Below, in pieces: positions 48,809 through 57,626 of a stretch of 64,000 bases of DNA. This DNA is from an uncultured Methanosarcinales archaeon (GTDB lineage: Archaea > Nanobdellota > Nanobdellia > Woesearchaeales > UBA10216). Position 1 is the stretch's first letter. Each line of letters starts with the position of its first letter. Location: NCBI GenBank assembly GCA_964504135.1, contig CAZDCW010000003.1:427-64426 (forward strand). The letters are read 5' to 3'. The notes beneath the pieces were generated by a model. That model saw nothing but the letters and a program-made list of their open reading frames with translations. It did not search any database and was not told the origin of the DNA. Made by a program: the position numbers and the translations under genes.

Positions 48809-49944
48809 GCTCTTAGCAGTTCTTGGTAGAGTTCCAGGTGCCGTTTTATGTTCTCTTCTATGCTGAATTTCCTGGGCCTTGATTTGGCGTACTTTCCTTT
48901 GTGCACCTTTTCCACCGCGGCAGCGATTGATTCAGGGTTTCTGGGCTCTGCCAGCAGGTATTTTCCTGACACTATCTCTGGAAGGGAGTTGATGCTGCTC
49001 GCCACAACAGGCTTTCCCATTGCGCAGGCCTCGGCAGCGACGTATCCAAAGCCTTCTGCAAGGCTTGGCACGACGATGCAGTCAGCGGCTGCTATGTAGT
49101 CTGGAAGCCTTTCATGGCTGACTGGCGGTATCAATATGGCCCTGCTGCTTGCCTCAAGTATTTTCCTTACCCTTGAATACCTGTCACTGTAGTCTGGAGT
49201 TATGATAAAGACCCATTTTAGGTTTGCAATTTTTGCCTTTTCCACAGCCATGGCCGCATACTCTATTCCTTTGCTGGGCGCGGCCCGGCCATATGTCAGG
49301 CATACGAAGCTGTTTCCGAGGCCAAGCTGCTTTCTTAATTTCTCGCCTTTGTGCTTTCTCGGGTTGAAGTGCGAATAGTCAACTCCGTTGTATATTACTG
49401 TTGAGTTTGGCTTTTTCAGCTGCCTTTTTGTTGATTCTGAAACGCATATATACCGGTCAAAGGGAATTCTGTATATGCACCATTCCATGAAATTAAGGAT
49501 GGCTGCCTTTACCTCCCCGACATCAGTGTACTCTTTCCATTTGCCTGTCCACACCTCATGGACTGTTATCACCGCAGGCCTTCCGGAAAAAAGCGAGGCG
49601 ATGAAGGCGGGTGCTGCTGATGCGAATGTGGTGGCGTGTATTATGTCAGCGTTCCTTGCGAGTGCAACAGCTTTTGGGATGCAGAGTATGGCGTACAGGT
49701 ACCTGTTGGGCGCATCTATCCTGTGTATCTTTACGCCGTTAAGTACCTCATGGCTTTTGCTTCCTGGAACCTTCCTTGTCAGTACAGTTACCTGCTGTCC
49801 TTTTGCCACAAGCCCTTCTGCAAGGTTTTTGAACAGCGTTTCAGCTCCTCCCTTGAATGGCCAGTAGTTGTCGAGTATGAAGAGTATTTTCATCGCGTAT
49901 GTGTCATAGAAGTAAGTCCTAGTCCCATAGCCTTCTTGCTTCAT
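48805..49944 (-). CDS. family-4 glycosyltransferase (GT-B, retaining)
   Basis: EX7E-type motif (SLAEGFGYVAAEACAMGKPVVAS). 379 aa. Confidence 0.8.
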   Translation of the reverse strand: MKQEGYGTRTYFYDTYAMKILFILDNYWPFKGGAETLFKNLAEGLVAKGQQVTVLTRKVPGSKSHEVLNGVKIHRIDAPNRYLYAILCIPKAVALARNADIIHATTFASAAPAFIASLFSGRPAVITVHEVWTGKWKEYTDVGEVKAAILNFMEWCIYRIPFDRYICVSESTKRQLKKPNSTVIYNGVDYSHFNPRKHKGEKLRKQLGLGNSFVCLTYGRAAPSKGIEYAAMAVEKAKIANLKWVFIITPDYSDRYSRVRKILEASSRAILIPPVSHERLPDYIAAADCIVVPSLAEGFGYVAAEACAMGKPVVASSINSLPEIVSGKYLLAEPRNPESIAAAVEKVHKGKYAKSRPRKFSIEENIKRHLELYQELLRA

Positions 49945-50108
49945 CCTTTAGCTCCTGGGCTGTCTTGTCTGTTTCCCAAAAAATCTGCTCAGGTCGGCTT
50001 TCATCCGGTTTTATTTTTGCTTCATATTTAACGTAACGTGCAGATAAATGTGGCCAATATTTAAGCTTTCGCAAAAATTTATAGCTTGTGCAATAAAACA
50101 GGCCTCGT

Positions 50109-50921
50109 ATGAATATACGCTCATCTGTAACGCTTAACGACAGCAACAGGATGCCCTGGCTTGGCCTTGGCACTTGGAGAAGCCCGCCCGGAAAAGCCAC
50201 AGAGCAGGCTGTTTTATGGGCTTTGGAGGCAGGTTACAGGCATGTAGATACCGCTGCAGTCTATGGCAATGAGCAGAGTGTTGGCGCAGCTGTGCAAAAA
50301 AGCGGCATTTCAAGGGACGAAATCTTCATAACGACCAAGCTGTGGAACGCCGGCCATTCCAATCCCCGAAAGGCGCTGCAGCAAAGCCTGAGTAGGCTCG
50401 GTATGGGTTATGTGGACCTTTACCTGATTCATTTCCCTGTAAGGCAGCGCCTCTCATCCTGGCGTGTCCTTGAGCAGCTCCAGAAAGACGGCCTGTGCAG
50501 GTCAATTGGCGTCAGCAACTTCACTGTCAGGCATCTAAAGGAGCTTCTGCCTTCTGCTAAGGTGATTCCTGCTGTGAACCAGGTTGAGTTCAACCCTTAC
50601 CTCTATCAGAGTGGGCTTCATGGGTTCTGCACAAAAAATAAGGTCCAGCTTGAGGCCTACAGCCCCCTTGCCCAGGGCGAGAAGCTGACGGACCCTAAGC
50701 TCGTATCCCTTGCCGCCAAATACAGCCGTTCACCTGCCCAGATTCTTATCAGGTGGTGCCTCCAGAAGAGGCTTGTTGTTATTCCCAAATCAGTCCATAG
50801 GGAATTCATATTCCAGAATGCTGATGTCTTCGGCTTTAGCATAAAAAAGGAAGACCTGGTTTTGCTGGACAGCTTTGATGAGAACCTCCGCCTCTGCTGG
50901 GACCCGACTGATGCGCCGTGA
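50109..50921 (+). CDS. aldo/keto reductase
   Basis: LGLGTWR, the active-site tetrad residues (D, Y, K, H), IPKSVH. 270 aa. Confidence 0.85.
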   Translation: MNIRSSVTLNDSNRMPWLGLGTWRSPPGKATEQAVLWALEAGYRHVDTAAVYGNEQSVGAAVQKSGISRDEIFITTKLWNAGHSNPRKALQQSLSRLGMGYVDLYLIHFPVRQRLSSWRVLEQLQKDGLCRSIGVSNFTVRHLKELLPSAKVIPAVNQVEFNPYLYQSGLHGFCTKNKVQLEAYSPLAQGEKLTDPKLVSLAAKYSRSPAQILIRWCLQKRLVVIPKSVHREFIFQNADVFGFSIKKEDLVLLDSFDENLRLCWDPTDAP

Positions 50922-50923
50922 GT

Positions 50924-51187
50924 TTATTCTTCAGGGTTGTAGACTTTGAGGCCTTCCTTGGCAGCGGCGATGTTAAGGTTTTTGTCCGCCGAAATAAATT
51001 CCATTTGTTCTGTGGCATTTGTCAAAGCAGAGTAAAGGTGAATTGCATCATTGACGGTTAAATGGTGCTTTATAATGTAATCAACGGCAAAGGTCATTGC
51101 CAATGAGGTTATTTCCGCCAGAATTATCAAATCGTTGTCAGTCAGGTCTCTTATGTCAGACGTGAACTCGCTTATCGCCTCAGACAC
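50924..51187 (-). CDS. PIN-domain (VapC-like) protein, C-terminal motifs intact, start codon non-canonical or N-terminus degenerate
   Basis: VNDAIHLYSAL and FISADKNLNIAAAKEGLKV match PIN motifs 3 and 4. The track start is a GTG. By my hand translation the frame stays open at least 70 codons upstream without an ATG. Confidence 0.35.
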   Translation of the reverse strand: MSEAISEFTSDIRDLTDNDLIILAEITSLAMTFAVDYIIKHHLTVNDAIHLYSALTNATEQMEFISADKNLNIAAAKEGLKVYNPEE

Positions 51188-51267
51188 TTCTTTCGAAGTG
51201 AGGCTTTTGATTCTTCCCAGCTTATCGAATGCAGATATTACCTCTCCTATGAGCAGTATTGAGGAGG

Positions 51268-51498
51268 CTAGTTTATTTGCATAAGCGTCCCGGATAATGT
51301 CGTTCCTGCCTTTTTGCTCGCCCTGGCAAGATTTCTCCTGACGTTTGCCTTTTCGCTCCCTGTTATATGGTACTTTAGGGCGAGCTGCCTGATTGCGTCC
51401 CTGACTACTTCAGACTGGGACTTGTACAGTCCTGTCCTTAGTATTTCGCGGGCCAGGCCCTGGAGTTCCTTTGTGACTTCAGCAGTAAGGGTTGCCAT
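51268..51498 (-). CDS. ribbon-helix-helix antitoxin (CopG/ParD-like)
   Basis: 76 aa. LYKSQSEVVRDAIRQL is the RHH beta-strand/helix signature. It sits directly upstream of the PIN-like ORF. Confidence 0.55.
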   Translation of the reverse strand: MATLTAEVTKELQGLAREILRTGLYKSQSEVVRDAIRQLALKYHITGSEKANVRRNLARASKKAGTTLSGTLMQIN

Positions 51499-51582
51499 TT
51501 TTTTTTCTAACAGCCTGCTGTTAGTTGCAAAATATAAACTTTGCGGTTTTATCTGGGCTAACTCAGAGTTTCAGTTCTCTTG

Positions 51583-51660
51583 CAGTACACGAAGAGTTAG
51601 CCTGCTACAAAGAGTTGACTACAAACCACCAACCATTAACTACACACAATTAACTGCCAC
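51583..51660. repeat. family-2 short form plus shared 3' extension (acaaagagtt...actacaaaccaccaaccattaacta)
   Basis: Matches 56222..56255 plus 56398..56425. Confidence 0.6.
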
Positions 51661-51670
51661 AAACCACTGC

Positions 51671-52012
51671 CTACTTCTCCCTCTTCCTCGCCTCTTCTAT
51701 GGCCAGCTTCCTGACCAGTTCCTCTACCTTGCGCTGGGTTTTCACGGTTATTATGTTTGAGTGGAACACCGCTCCTGTGAGGAGCATGAAGCCAGCTATT
51801 ATGAGGAGGTCCATCTTTCTGCTTATGTTGAGGGTTCTTATAAGGGGGTTTAGTATTTCAGGCGCAAGGCTTATTACCGAGAATCCCAGCGCAAGCACTG
51901 TCCAGAATGCCCACTCGTTTATGGTCAGTTCCTTTCTCTTGTAGTTCATGAAGGCGAGGTACATCAGGAACAGCCCGAACAGCGCTCCGAGTATTTGTAT
52001 TATGAGTACCAT
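51671..52012 (-). CDS. DUF2304-family small membrane protein
   Basis: 113 aa with 3-4 TM helices and a basic C-terminus. It is the usual companion of Dol-P glycosyltransferase GT2 genes. Confidence 0.5.
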   Translation of the reverse strand: MVLIIQILGALFGLFLMYLAFMNYKRKELTINEWAFWTVLALGFSVISLAPEILNPLIRTLNISRKMDLLIIAGFMLLTGAVFHSNIITVKTQRKVEELVRKLAIEEARKREK

Positions 52013-52013
52013 T

Positions 52014-52673
52014 TTAGCGTGTGAATTTCCACCATATCATCTGCGCCACTATTGATATTCCGTCCATTACTGTGGTGCCCTTGTATTTGTCCACGTATAT
52101 CGTTTTTACAGGCACCTGCTGGAATTTTATCCTGTGCTTTCCTGTGAGGGCTATCATTTCTGACTCTACGCTGTAGTCTGTGGCCTTCCATCGTATCTTC
52201 TGGTAGGCTTCCTTTTTAAAGGCTCTGTATCCGCATTGCGTGTCGTTTATTCTCATGTGGAACAGCATCCTGACTGCTGTGCCTATGAACCAGTTCCCGA
52301 ATCTGAATACAAGGGGCATTTCTCCTCCAAGCCTTCTGTATCCGAATACCATGTCCGCACCTTCAAGTGCCTTGATGAAGTGCGGGATTTCCTCTGGGTC
52401 GTGCTGGGTGTCCGAGTCCAGCAATATGATTGCGTCAGCGCCTTGCATGACTGCGTAGTCGCAGCCTGTCTTGAGGGCTGCTCCCTTGCCGAGGTTTATT
52501 AGGTGCCTTAGCACCGCAACCCCTGCTTTTTGCGCCTCTTCTGCTGTTGCGTCCCTGCTTCCATCGTCAACTACTATTATCCGCCGCGGGTCTATCTGTT
52601 TTTTTGTCTTTATGATTACTTCTGTGATGTGCTTCTGCTCGTTGTAGGCCGGGATTACAGCGAATGCGTTCAT
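52014..52673 (-). CDS. family-2 glycosyltransferase (dolichyl-phosphate hexose synthase-like)
   Basis: VIPAYNE...IIVVDDGS.D.T, DxD (LDSDTQHD). 219 aa. 4-nt overlap with aglB. Confidence 0.8.
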   Translation of the reverse strand: MNAFAVIPAYNEQKHITEVIIKTKKQIDPRRIIVVDDGSRDATAEEAQKAGVAVLRHLINLGKGAALKTGCDYAVMQGADAIILLDSDTQHDPEEIPHFIKALEGADMVFGYRRLGGEMPLVFRFGNWFIGTAVRMLFHMRINDTQCGYRAFKKEAYQKIRWKATDYSVESEMIALTGKHRIKFQQVPVKTIYVDKYKGTTVMDGISIVAQMIWWKFTR

Positions 52674-55600
52674 CTTATCTTTTCTATCCTGAACCTGAAG
52701 AATAGCGTCTTGTTGCCCAGCGGGTGCTTGTCCGGCTCTGTCCCGTATGCCTTTTCCGGGCTTATCCTGGCGGTCTTTTCCTCGCCGGCCTTCATTCCAG
52801 TCATCTGCTCTTCAAGGCCAGGTATTATTTCTGATTTGCCCATTGTGAAGGTGAAGGGCGCTGAGTCTTCACCGAATGGCTGGTCTTTTGTTATGTTGCG
52901 GCTGTCCCAGTTGTATATTGAGCTGTCAAACACAGTCCCGTCCTCCAGGTATCCTATGTAGTTGAATGTCACGCTGTCCTGCGGCCCTACACTTTCCTTT
53001 GTTGTCAGCTCTGATTTTGTGTGCATCTCCCCGCCTTTCCAGTCCACTCTGTATACGTATATTTCCGCTCCTGTTATGCTTCTCTGGTATGTGAGGAGCT
53101 TGAAGTGCCTTAGGCTGTGGCCTTTCATGAAGAACATCCTTGTGAACATGCTTGCGTTCAGCTCTGGCGCTGCCATTACCATCCTGTAATTGTCGCCTTC
53201 GGGTATTATTGTCGCGGCCCAGTCTATGCCTACGTTTTCAGAGTGGGATTTCTGCTCAACCCCTTTTTCCGTAGCTATTGCCACCGCCCTCAGGTTCTTT
53301 GGCTCCTGGCCCTCAAGCAGGAGCACTGCGTCGTTTGCTGAGAAATTTATTGCAGGGACTATGTTCAGTCTCCTTCCACCGCCTGCGTCCAGGCCTATGG
53401 TGTCGCATATTCCTGTTTTTCCGTCGCAGTTCAGTATTTGTCCGTAGCTTGGCCAGGGGCTTATCCATGTGTTTCCCTGTGCGTCATTCATGGCCTGGAT
53501 GTCGTAGTAGGTTTGCTCTGCCTGTTCACTTGTGTAGTTGAGCTTGCTCTGCATTTCTGCTATTGCCTCTTCTGCGGGCTTTTCCCGCAGCCTGTTCCAT
53601 ATGTATGCCTTTTCAAAGTCCCATGAGCCGAAGTGCGCCCATACTCCTGATTTTCCTATCATGTCTTCTGATGCTATGAAGAAGGCTTCCGGAGGCTCGC
53701 AGTGTGTGTATTTTAGCACTGCCTCTGCCTGCCCGGCAGTCATCCCGTATTTCTGCCTGAGCTTTTTGCCTGCCGCCTCCCTGTCGTCCTTGAATACGCT
53801 GTAAAGTATGCCTATTGACATGAGGGTGTCGTTTCCGTTTGCCTTCTGGACTTCCTCGAATGCGTTGTTGCCCCCGCAGTCAAGCATCCTTAGTATGCCT
53901 ACAGCCATTTCCTCATCGTCAGTTTTTAGTATCTGCCCTACCCAGTGTGCCTGCGGGCTTCCCTGGGTTGTGCCGTCAAATGTCACAGGCCTTTCGGCGA
54001 GCGCCTTGAAGTGGTGCCCGAAGTCCCACCAGCTGGTTATTATCGCTGTCCTGTTTGAGTTGTCCCTTATTGCAGCCAGTGAGTTGTACCATGCGTCGTT
54101 TATTATTGGCACGTCCTGTTTTGCTATGCTTATAGAGACCGCCCATGCGTTGGATGGCACCATTACAAGGACAAGCAGCAGCGCGAATACGGTTACGGAT
54201 GCTATTGTCCGTTGGATTTTCAGGTCAGTTGTCAGCGAGTGCTCCAGCCTCTTGTGTATGAACCCTATGGCGACTCCGAAGGCTATTGCGAATGCAGGCA
54301 CGAGCAGCATTACAAACCTTATTCCCTTGGTGCTGGCATACATTGTCACTATGAACCATATTATCAGCAGCGCGGCCACTCTCATGTCTATTGGCTCGTG
54401 CATTATTCCGGCATAGAGTGTCCGGGCCAGTATTGGCAGGCTGAGGAGTATGAGGAACCATTCCTGCACAAGTTCGCCTCTCATCAGCAGGAGGATAAGC
54501 CAGTATGCTGCTGAGCCCAGTATGAACATCCATTCCTGCCAGTCCACCCTCTTCTTGGTCATGCTTATCATTATTCCCAGGAGGGCTGTGAAGAAGAATA
54601 CAGGGCCGCCCACGTTGTTCATTATGTCGTTGATGCCGCCCTCGTTTAGTTCTGCCACGGTTGTAAGCACGTTTGGGAAAAGGCTTTCCATGACAGGCGC
54701 CTTTATCCTGGTGAATGCCAGCGAGCCTATCGGGCTGAGTATGAAGGTGTCAAGGCCTGAAAGCAGGCTTACGAATATCCCGGAGAACAGTATGAACATT
54801 AAGGTTACTGTTAGCGCTGTTTTTACCTCATGGGTGAACAAATTCCCGATTCCTTTTGCAATCTGCTTTCTGTTTGCAAGGATTATGTAGCCGAAGTATA
54901 CTGCTGATGCTGCAAGCAGGAAGTTGTATATGAACCACCATCCTCCCCATATTCTTGAGAATAGGCCCATGCTCAGGCCTGCAAGGAAGGTCAGGGCAGT
55001 TTGCCATTTCAGGCTTTTGGACTCGATGGCCATGAGGAAGAGGAATGCGGTGAGCACAGAGAAGAACAGTACCCATGTGTCAGAGTCCCCATGTCCGAAG
55101 AGGCTTCTTGAAAGCGCGGATGGGTTGAGCGCCATCAGCAGGCCTGCAAAAAGCCCTCCTACATCTCCTGCTATTCTTCTGCAGATGAAGAACACTATTA
55201 CAGCCGCGAGGGCTGCTATTATTACAGGGTAAAGCATCTCCGCGTACATTAGTGTCATTCCCGGGTTGAATATCCTGAGAATCCTGTAGAATAGGGCTAT
55301 GGAGTATGGGTGGAAAGTATCTTCCGGCTCTACATATCTTCCTTCTGGCGCCAGCTGGAATGTGTCGTAGCTTCTCCCGTTTTTTATAGTGTCGCCGGGG
55401 TAGCCGTGGTCAACTATGTTTCTTGCGTACCTGAACCAGTAGTAGGGGTCTATGTCAGGCATGTATGCATTTCCCTGGTCGTCCAGGTAGAATGTTTTGA
55501 AGTATTCTGCTGTCTGCTGGACTTGCTGTTTGATGTTTGCTGACTGGCCTGCGTATTGCCCTGTCCTGAATGCGTATTCTCCTTTTTTCAGGGCCTCGTT

Positions 55601-56143
55601 GAAGTCCTTGTCTATGAGCTCGTTCTTCTGCCTGTCCGGAAGGTTCGGGTACTGTGCCAGGATTGACTGCTCGATGTCAGCCCTTAGGAATCCGTATGTG
55701 CTTTGCTTTGCCCAGTCTTCGGCGTACAGCATTTGGCCGGGAAGCATCCTTACATATGCGGCTGCCGCGGCTATTATTATGATGGCCGCCACAATGAGCA
55801 GCTGCCTGCTGTTTTTATGGAAGAATCCTGATATGGCTTGGGTGTCAAGGCTTAGCTCGTCCTCATCCTGCGGGGCTTTTTCACGGTGTGCCTTTGGGCC
55901 TTGCTTGAAGAGGCCTTTTAATTTTCCAAATGTTTCGCCTATGCTGACCTCATCTTCAGCATCTTCATGTGCTGCTTCATGCTTTTTGTGGTGTTCGTGC
56001 TCTGGCCGCTGTTCGTGCTGCTCTGCTTTCTCTTCCTTGTGATGTTCTTCCTTGCCTGGCTGCCCTTCCTTCTTTTTTCCGAATGGCCACATCTTGCCAA
56101 GGTCTATGTCGAGGTCGTCTTCCTTTTCATCCATTTTTCCCAA
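52670..56143 (-). CDS. aglB: archaeal oligosaccharyltransferase AglB (STT3) with N-terminal His/Glu-rich extension and C-terminal FKBP-type peptidyl-prolyl isomerase domain
   Basis: 1157 aa. About 13 TM helices and the WWDFGHHF (WWDYG) motif. The extracytoplasmic C-terminal domain ends in a clear FKBP module (VTFNYIGYLEDGTVFDSS ... PFTFTMGKSEIIPGLEEQMTGMKAGE...ISPEKAYG). Confidence 0.85.
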   Translation of the reverse strand: MGKMDEKEDDLDIDLGKMWPFGKKKEGQPGKEEHHKEEKAEQHEQRPEHEHHKKHEAAHEDAEDEVSIGETFGKLKGLFKQGPKAHREKAPQDEDELSLDTQAISGFFHKNSRQLLIVAAIIIIAAAAAYVRMLPGQMLYAEDWAKQSTYGFLRADIEQSILAQYPNLPDRQKNELIDKDFNEALKKGEYAFRTGQYAGQSANIKQQVQQTAEYFKTFYLDDQGNAYMPDIDPYYWFRYARNIVDHGYPGDTIKNGRSYDTFQLAPEGRYVEPEDTFHPYSIALFYRILRIFNPGMTLMYAEMLYPVIIAALAAVIVFFICRRIAGDVGGLFAGLLMALNPSALSRSLFGHGDSDTWVLFFSVLTAFLFLMAIESKSLKWQTALTFLAGLSMGLFSRIWGGWWFIYNFLLAASAVYFGYIILANRKQIAKGIGNLFTHEVKTALTVTLMFILFSGIFVSLLSGLDTFILSPIGSLAFTRIKAPVMESLFPNVLTTVAELNEGGINDIMNNVGGPVFFFTALLGIMISMTKKRVDWQEWMFILGSAAYWLILLLMRGELVQEWFLILLSLPILARTLYAGIMHEPIDMRVAALLIIWFIVTMYASTKGIRFVMLLVPAFAIAFGVAIGFIHKRLEHSLTTDLKIQRTIASVTVFALLLVLVMVPSNAWAVSISIAKQDVPIINDAWYNSLAAIRDNSNRTAIITSWWDFGHHFKALAERPVTFDGTTQGSPQAHWVGQILKTDDEEMAVGILRMLDCGGNNAFEEVQKANGNDTLMSIGILYSVFKDDREAAGKKLRQKYGMTAGQAEAVLKYTHCEPPEAFFIASEDMIGKSGVWAHFGSWDFEKAYIWNRLREKPAEEAIAEMQSKLNYTSEQAEQTYYDIQAMNDAQGNTWISPWPSYGQILNCDGKTGICDTIGLDAGGGRRLNIVPAINFSANDAVLLLEGQEPKNLRAVAIATEKGVEQKSHSENVGIDWAATIIPEGDNYRMVMAAPELNASMFTRMFFMKGHSLRHFKLLTYQRSITGAEIYVYRVDWKGGEMHTKSELTTKESVGPQDSVTFNYIGYLEDGTVFDSSIYNWDSRNITKDQPFGEDSAPFTFTMGKSEIIPGLEEQMTGMKAGEEKTARISPEKAYGTEPDKHPLGNKTLFFRFRIEKIR

Positions 56144-56221
56144 CTTCCGGGCAGAACCCGGGTCTATATATAAAGATTGTTGTGGCTGTTTTTCCCCCCT
56201 TTGTATTGTAAACGAAGAGGC

Positions 56222-56247
56222 CAGTACACGAAGAGTTAGCCTGCTAC
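56222..56247. repeat. family-2 short form, third copy; immediately followed by the family-1 long element
   Basis: cagtacacgaagagttagcctgctac, then acaaagagtt, then the family-1 element, then actacaaaccaccaaccactaacta. Confidence 0.6.
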
Positions 56248-56255
56248 AAAGAGTT

Positions 56256-56397
56256 ATCGTAAATTGCGTTAATTAGTGCAAAATTTGCGTGCAATTCCCA
56301 AATTAAGCATTGCTTAATTGGGCCCAATCACCGCAGTGATTTGGGTACGAGATTAGAATTGCGCATATCCATCAACTAATCAGCGCAATTCTCTATA
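56256..56397. repeat. family-1 element, copy 3 (long form with additional internal palindromes)
   Basis: The 5' end ttatcgtaaattgcg and the 3' end gagattagaattgcgcatatccatcaactaatcagcgcaattctctata both match copy 1. Internal palindromes aattaagcattgcttaatt and cccaatcac..gtgatttggg. Confidence 0.7.
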
Positions 56398-56419
56398 ACT
56401 ACAAACCACCAACCACTAA

Positions 56420-57523
56420 CTAAATAATAAGCCTCGCGAATCCCAGCAGTTCTGGAGAACCGGCCAGCAGTTTCGCCATGAATCTGGCTGGGAAGTCCCT
56501 GTCGTGTTCTTCCAGTATTTTCCTGTTGCGCTCCTTCTGGAATATCCCGACCAGCTTGTTGTAATCGTAATCTGTGAACTTGTCCATGGCTTTCCTCATC
56601 ATCAGGTGCAGCCAAAGGTCTCTTGCAAGCCTGCTTCTCCACAGCCTGCTGTAGTTCTTCCTGTGCGTGATTGATTCGGCGAGCGCTTTTGCCGCGATGT
56701 GGCTCTGCATTATCCCGCCGAGTGTTGTCGCCTTCACCATCGTGGCTGCATCGCCAACCGTGTAAACATTCCCGTTCTGTGTTTTTACATTCGGGTCGTA
56801 TAGCGGTATGGGCCCTGCCTGTCTTGCAAGTATCAGTCCCGCATAGTCCTCGCCAAGCACTTTCCTGCAGAAGCCTTCAAAGTATTTCTGCGGCTCGTTC
56901 AGCGTGGCAACTCCAATCCTCACCCTGTCCTTGGATTCAGGCACAGTCCATGCTATGCCCTGCGTGCCGGGGTAAAAGTCAATCATGTTGTCATTTTCCC
57001 TTTTTGCGGTTGCCTGCAGCCCGAGGTATAGCTTTCTTTTTCCGTAAAGGCCGTTGTTCTTTGCAACCCTGCTTGCCGGCCCGTCAGCTCCGATTAGCAT
57101 TTTTGTTTCAGTCTCGTATTCTTCGCCGCTTTTCAGGTCTTTAACCATCACCTTTTCCATGTCGCCGGAGGGCCGGTTTCCCATGTATACGTGGTTTAGC
57201 TTGTATTCAGCCCCGCTCCGCTGGGCCATTTCCGCAACGTGCTGGTCAAGGAGGTGCCTGTTGAATATCTTGTTGGGATGCCTGAAGTTTATTTTTACAT
57301 TCTCCCCGTTTGGCGAGTATATCCTTGCGCTCTCAACAGTGTTGGCGATTAGCTCTTTTTTGGGCTTAATCAGCGTGTCGAAGTGCGAGGTTATTATGCC
57401 TGTGCATGCCACCGGCAGGCCTACCGTGGAATTTGCCTCGTACACCTCCACGTCAAACCCTTCGCCCGCCAGAAGGTAGGCTGCGTAATTCCCCGCAGCC
57501 CCTGCGCCGATTATGGTTATCAT
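56420..57523 (-). CDS. geranylgeranyl reductase (digeranylgeranylglycerophospholipid reductase, FAD-dependent)
   Basis: MITIIGAGAAGNYAAYLLA, a GxGxxG FAD motif, with a Cys in VACTG. I prefer the start at the internal Met. Confidence 0.85.
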   Translation of the reverse strand: MITIIGAGAAGNYAAYLLAGEGFDVEVYEANSTVGLPVACTGIITSHFDTLIKPKKELIANTVESARIYSPNGENVKINFRHPNKIFNRHLLDQHVAEMAQRSGAEYKLNHVYMGNRPSGDMEKVMVKDLKSGEEYETETKMLIGADGPASRVAKNNGLYGKRKLYLGLQATAKRENDNMIDFYPGTQGIAWTVPESKDRVRIGVATLNEPQKYFEGFCRKVLGEDYAGLILARQAGPIPLYDPNVKTQNGNVYTVGDAATMVKATTLGGIMQSHIAAKALAESITHRKNYSRLWRSRLARDLWLHLMMRKAMDKFTDYDYNKLVGIFQKERNRKILEEHDRDFPARFMAKLLAGSPELLGFARLII

Positions 57524-57626
57524 CTTTCCCTGTATCTGGCATCTGCTTTTATTTTTTTCCCGGCAAATCGGGAAATCCGCAAAATCCGGTCGAAACCTTT
57601 TTAGCATCCTGAAGCTTCCCAGCCTG

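Noticed and set aside
52962-56211. Many plus-strand ORFs (60-200 aa) across the aglB locus
   Set aside because: All are antisense to the 1157-aa AglB gene, whose WWDFG motif and TM pattern are unambiguous. They are Cys/Ser/Leu-rich junk translations.
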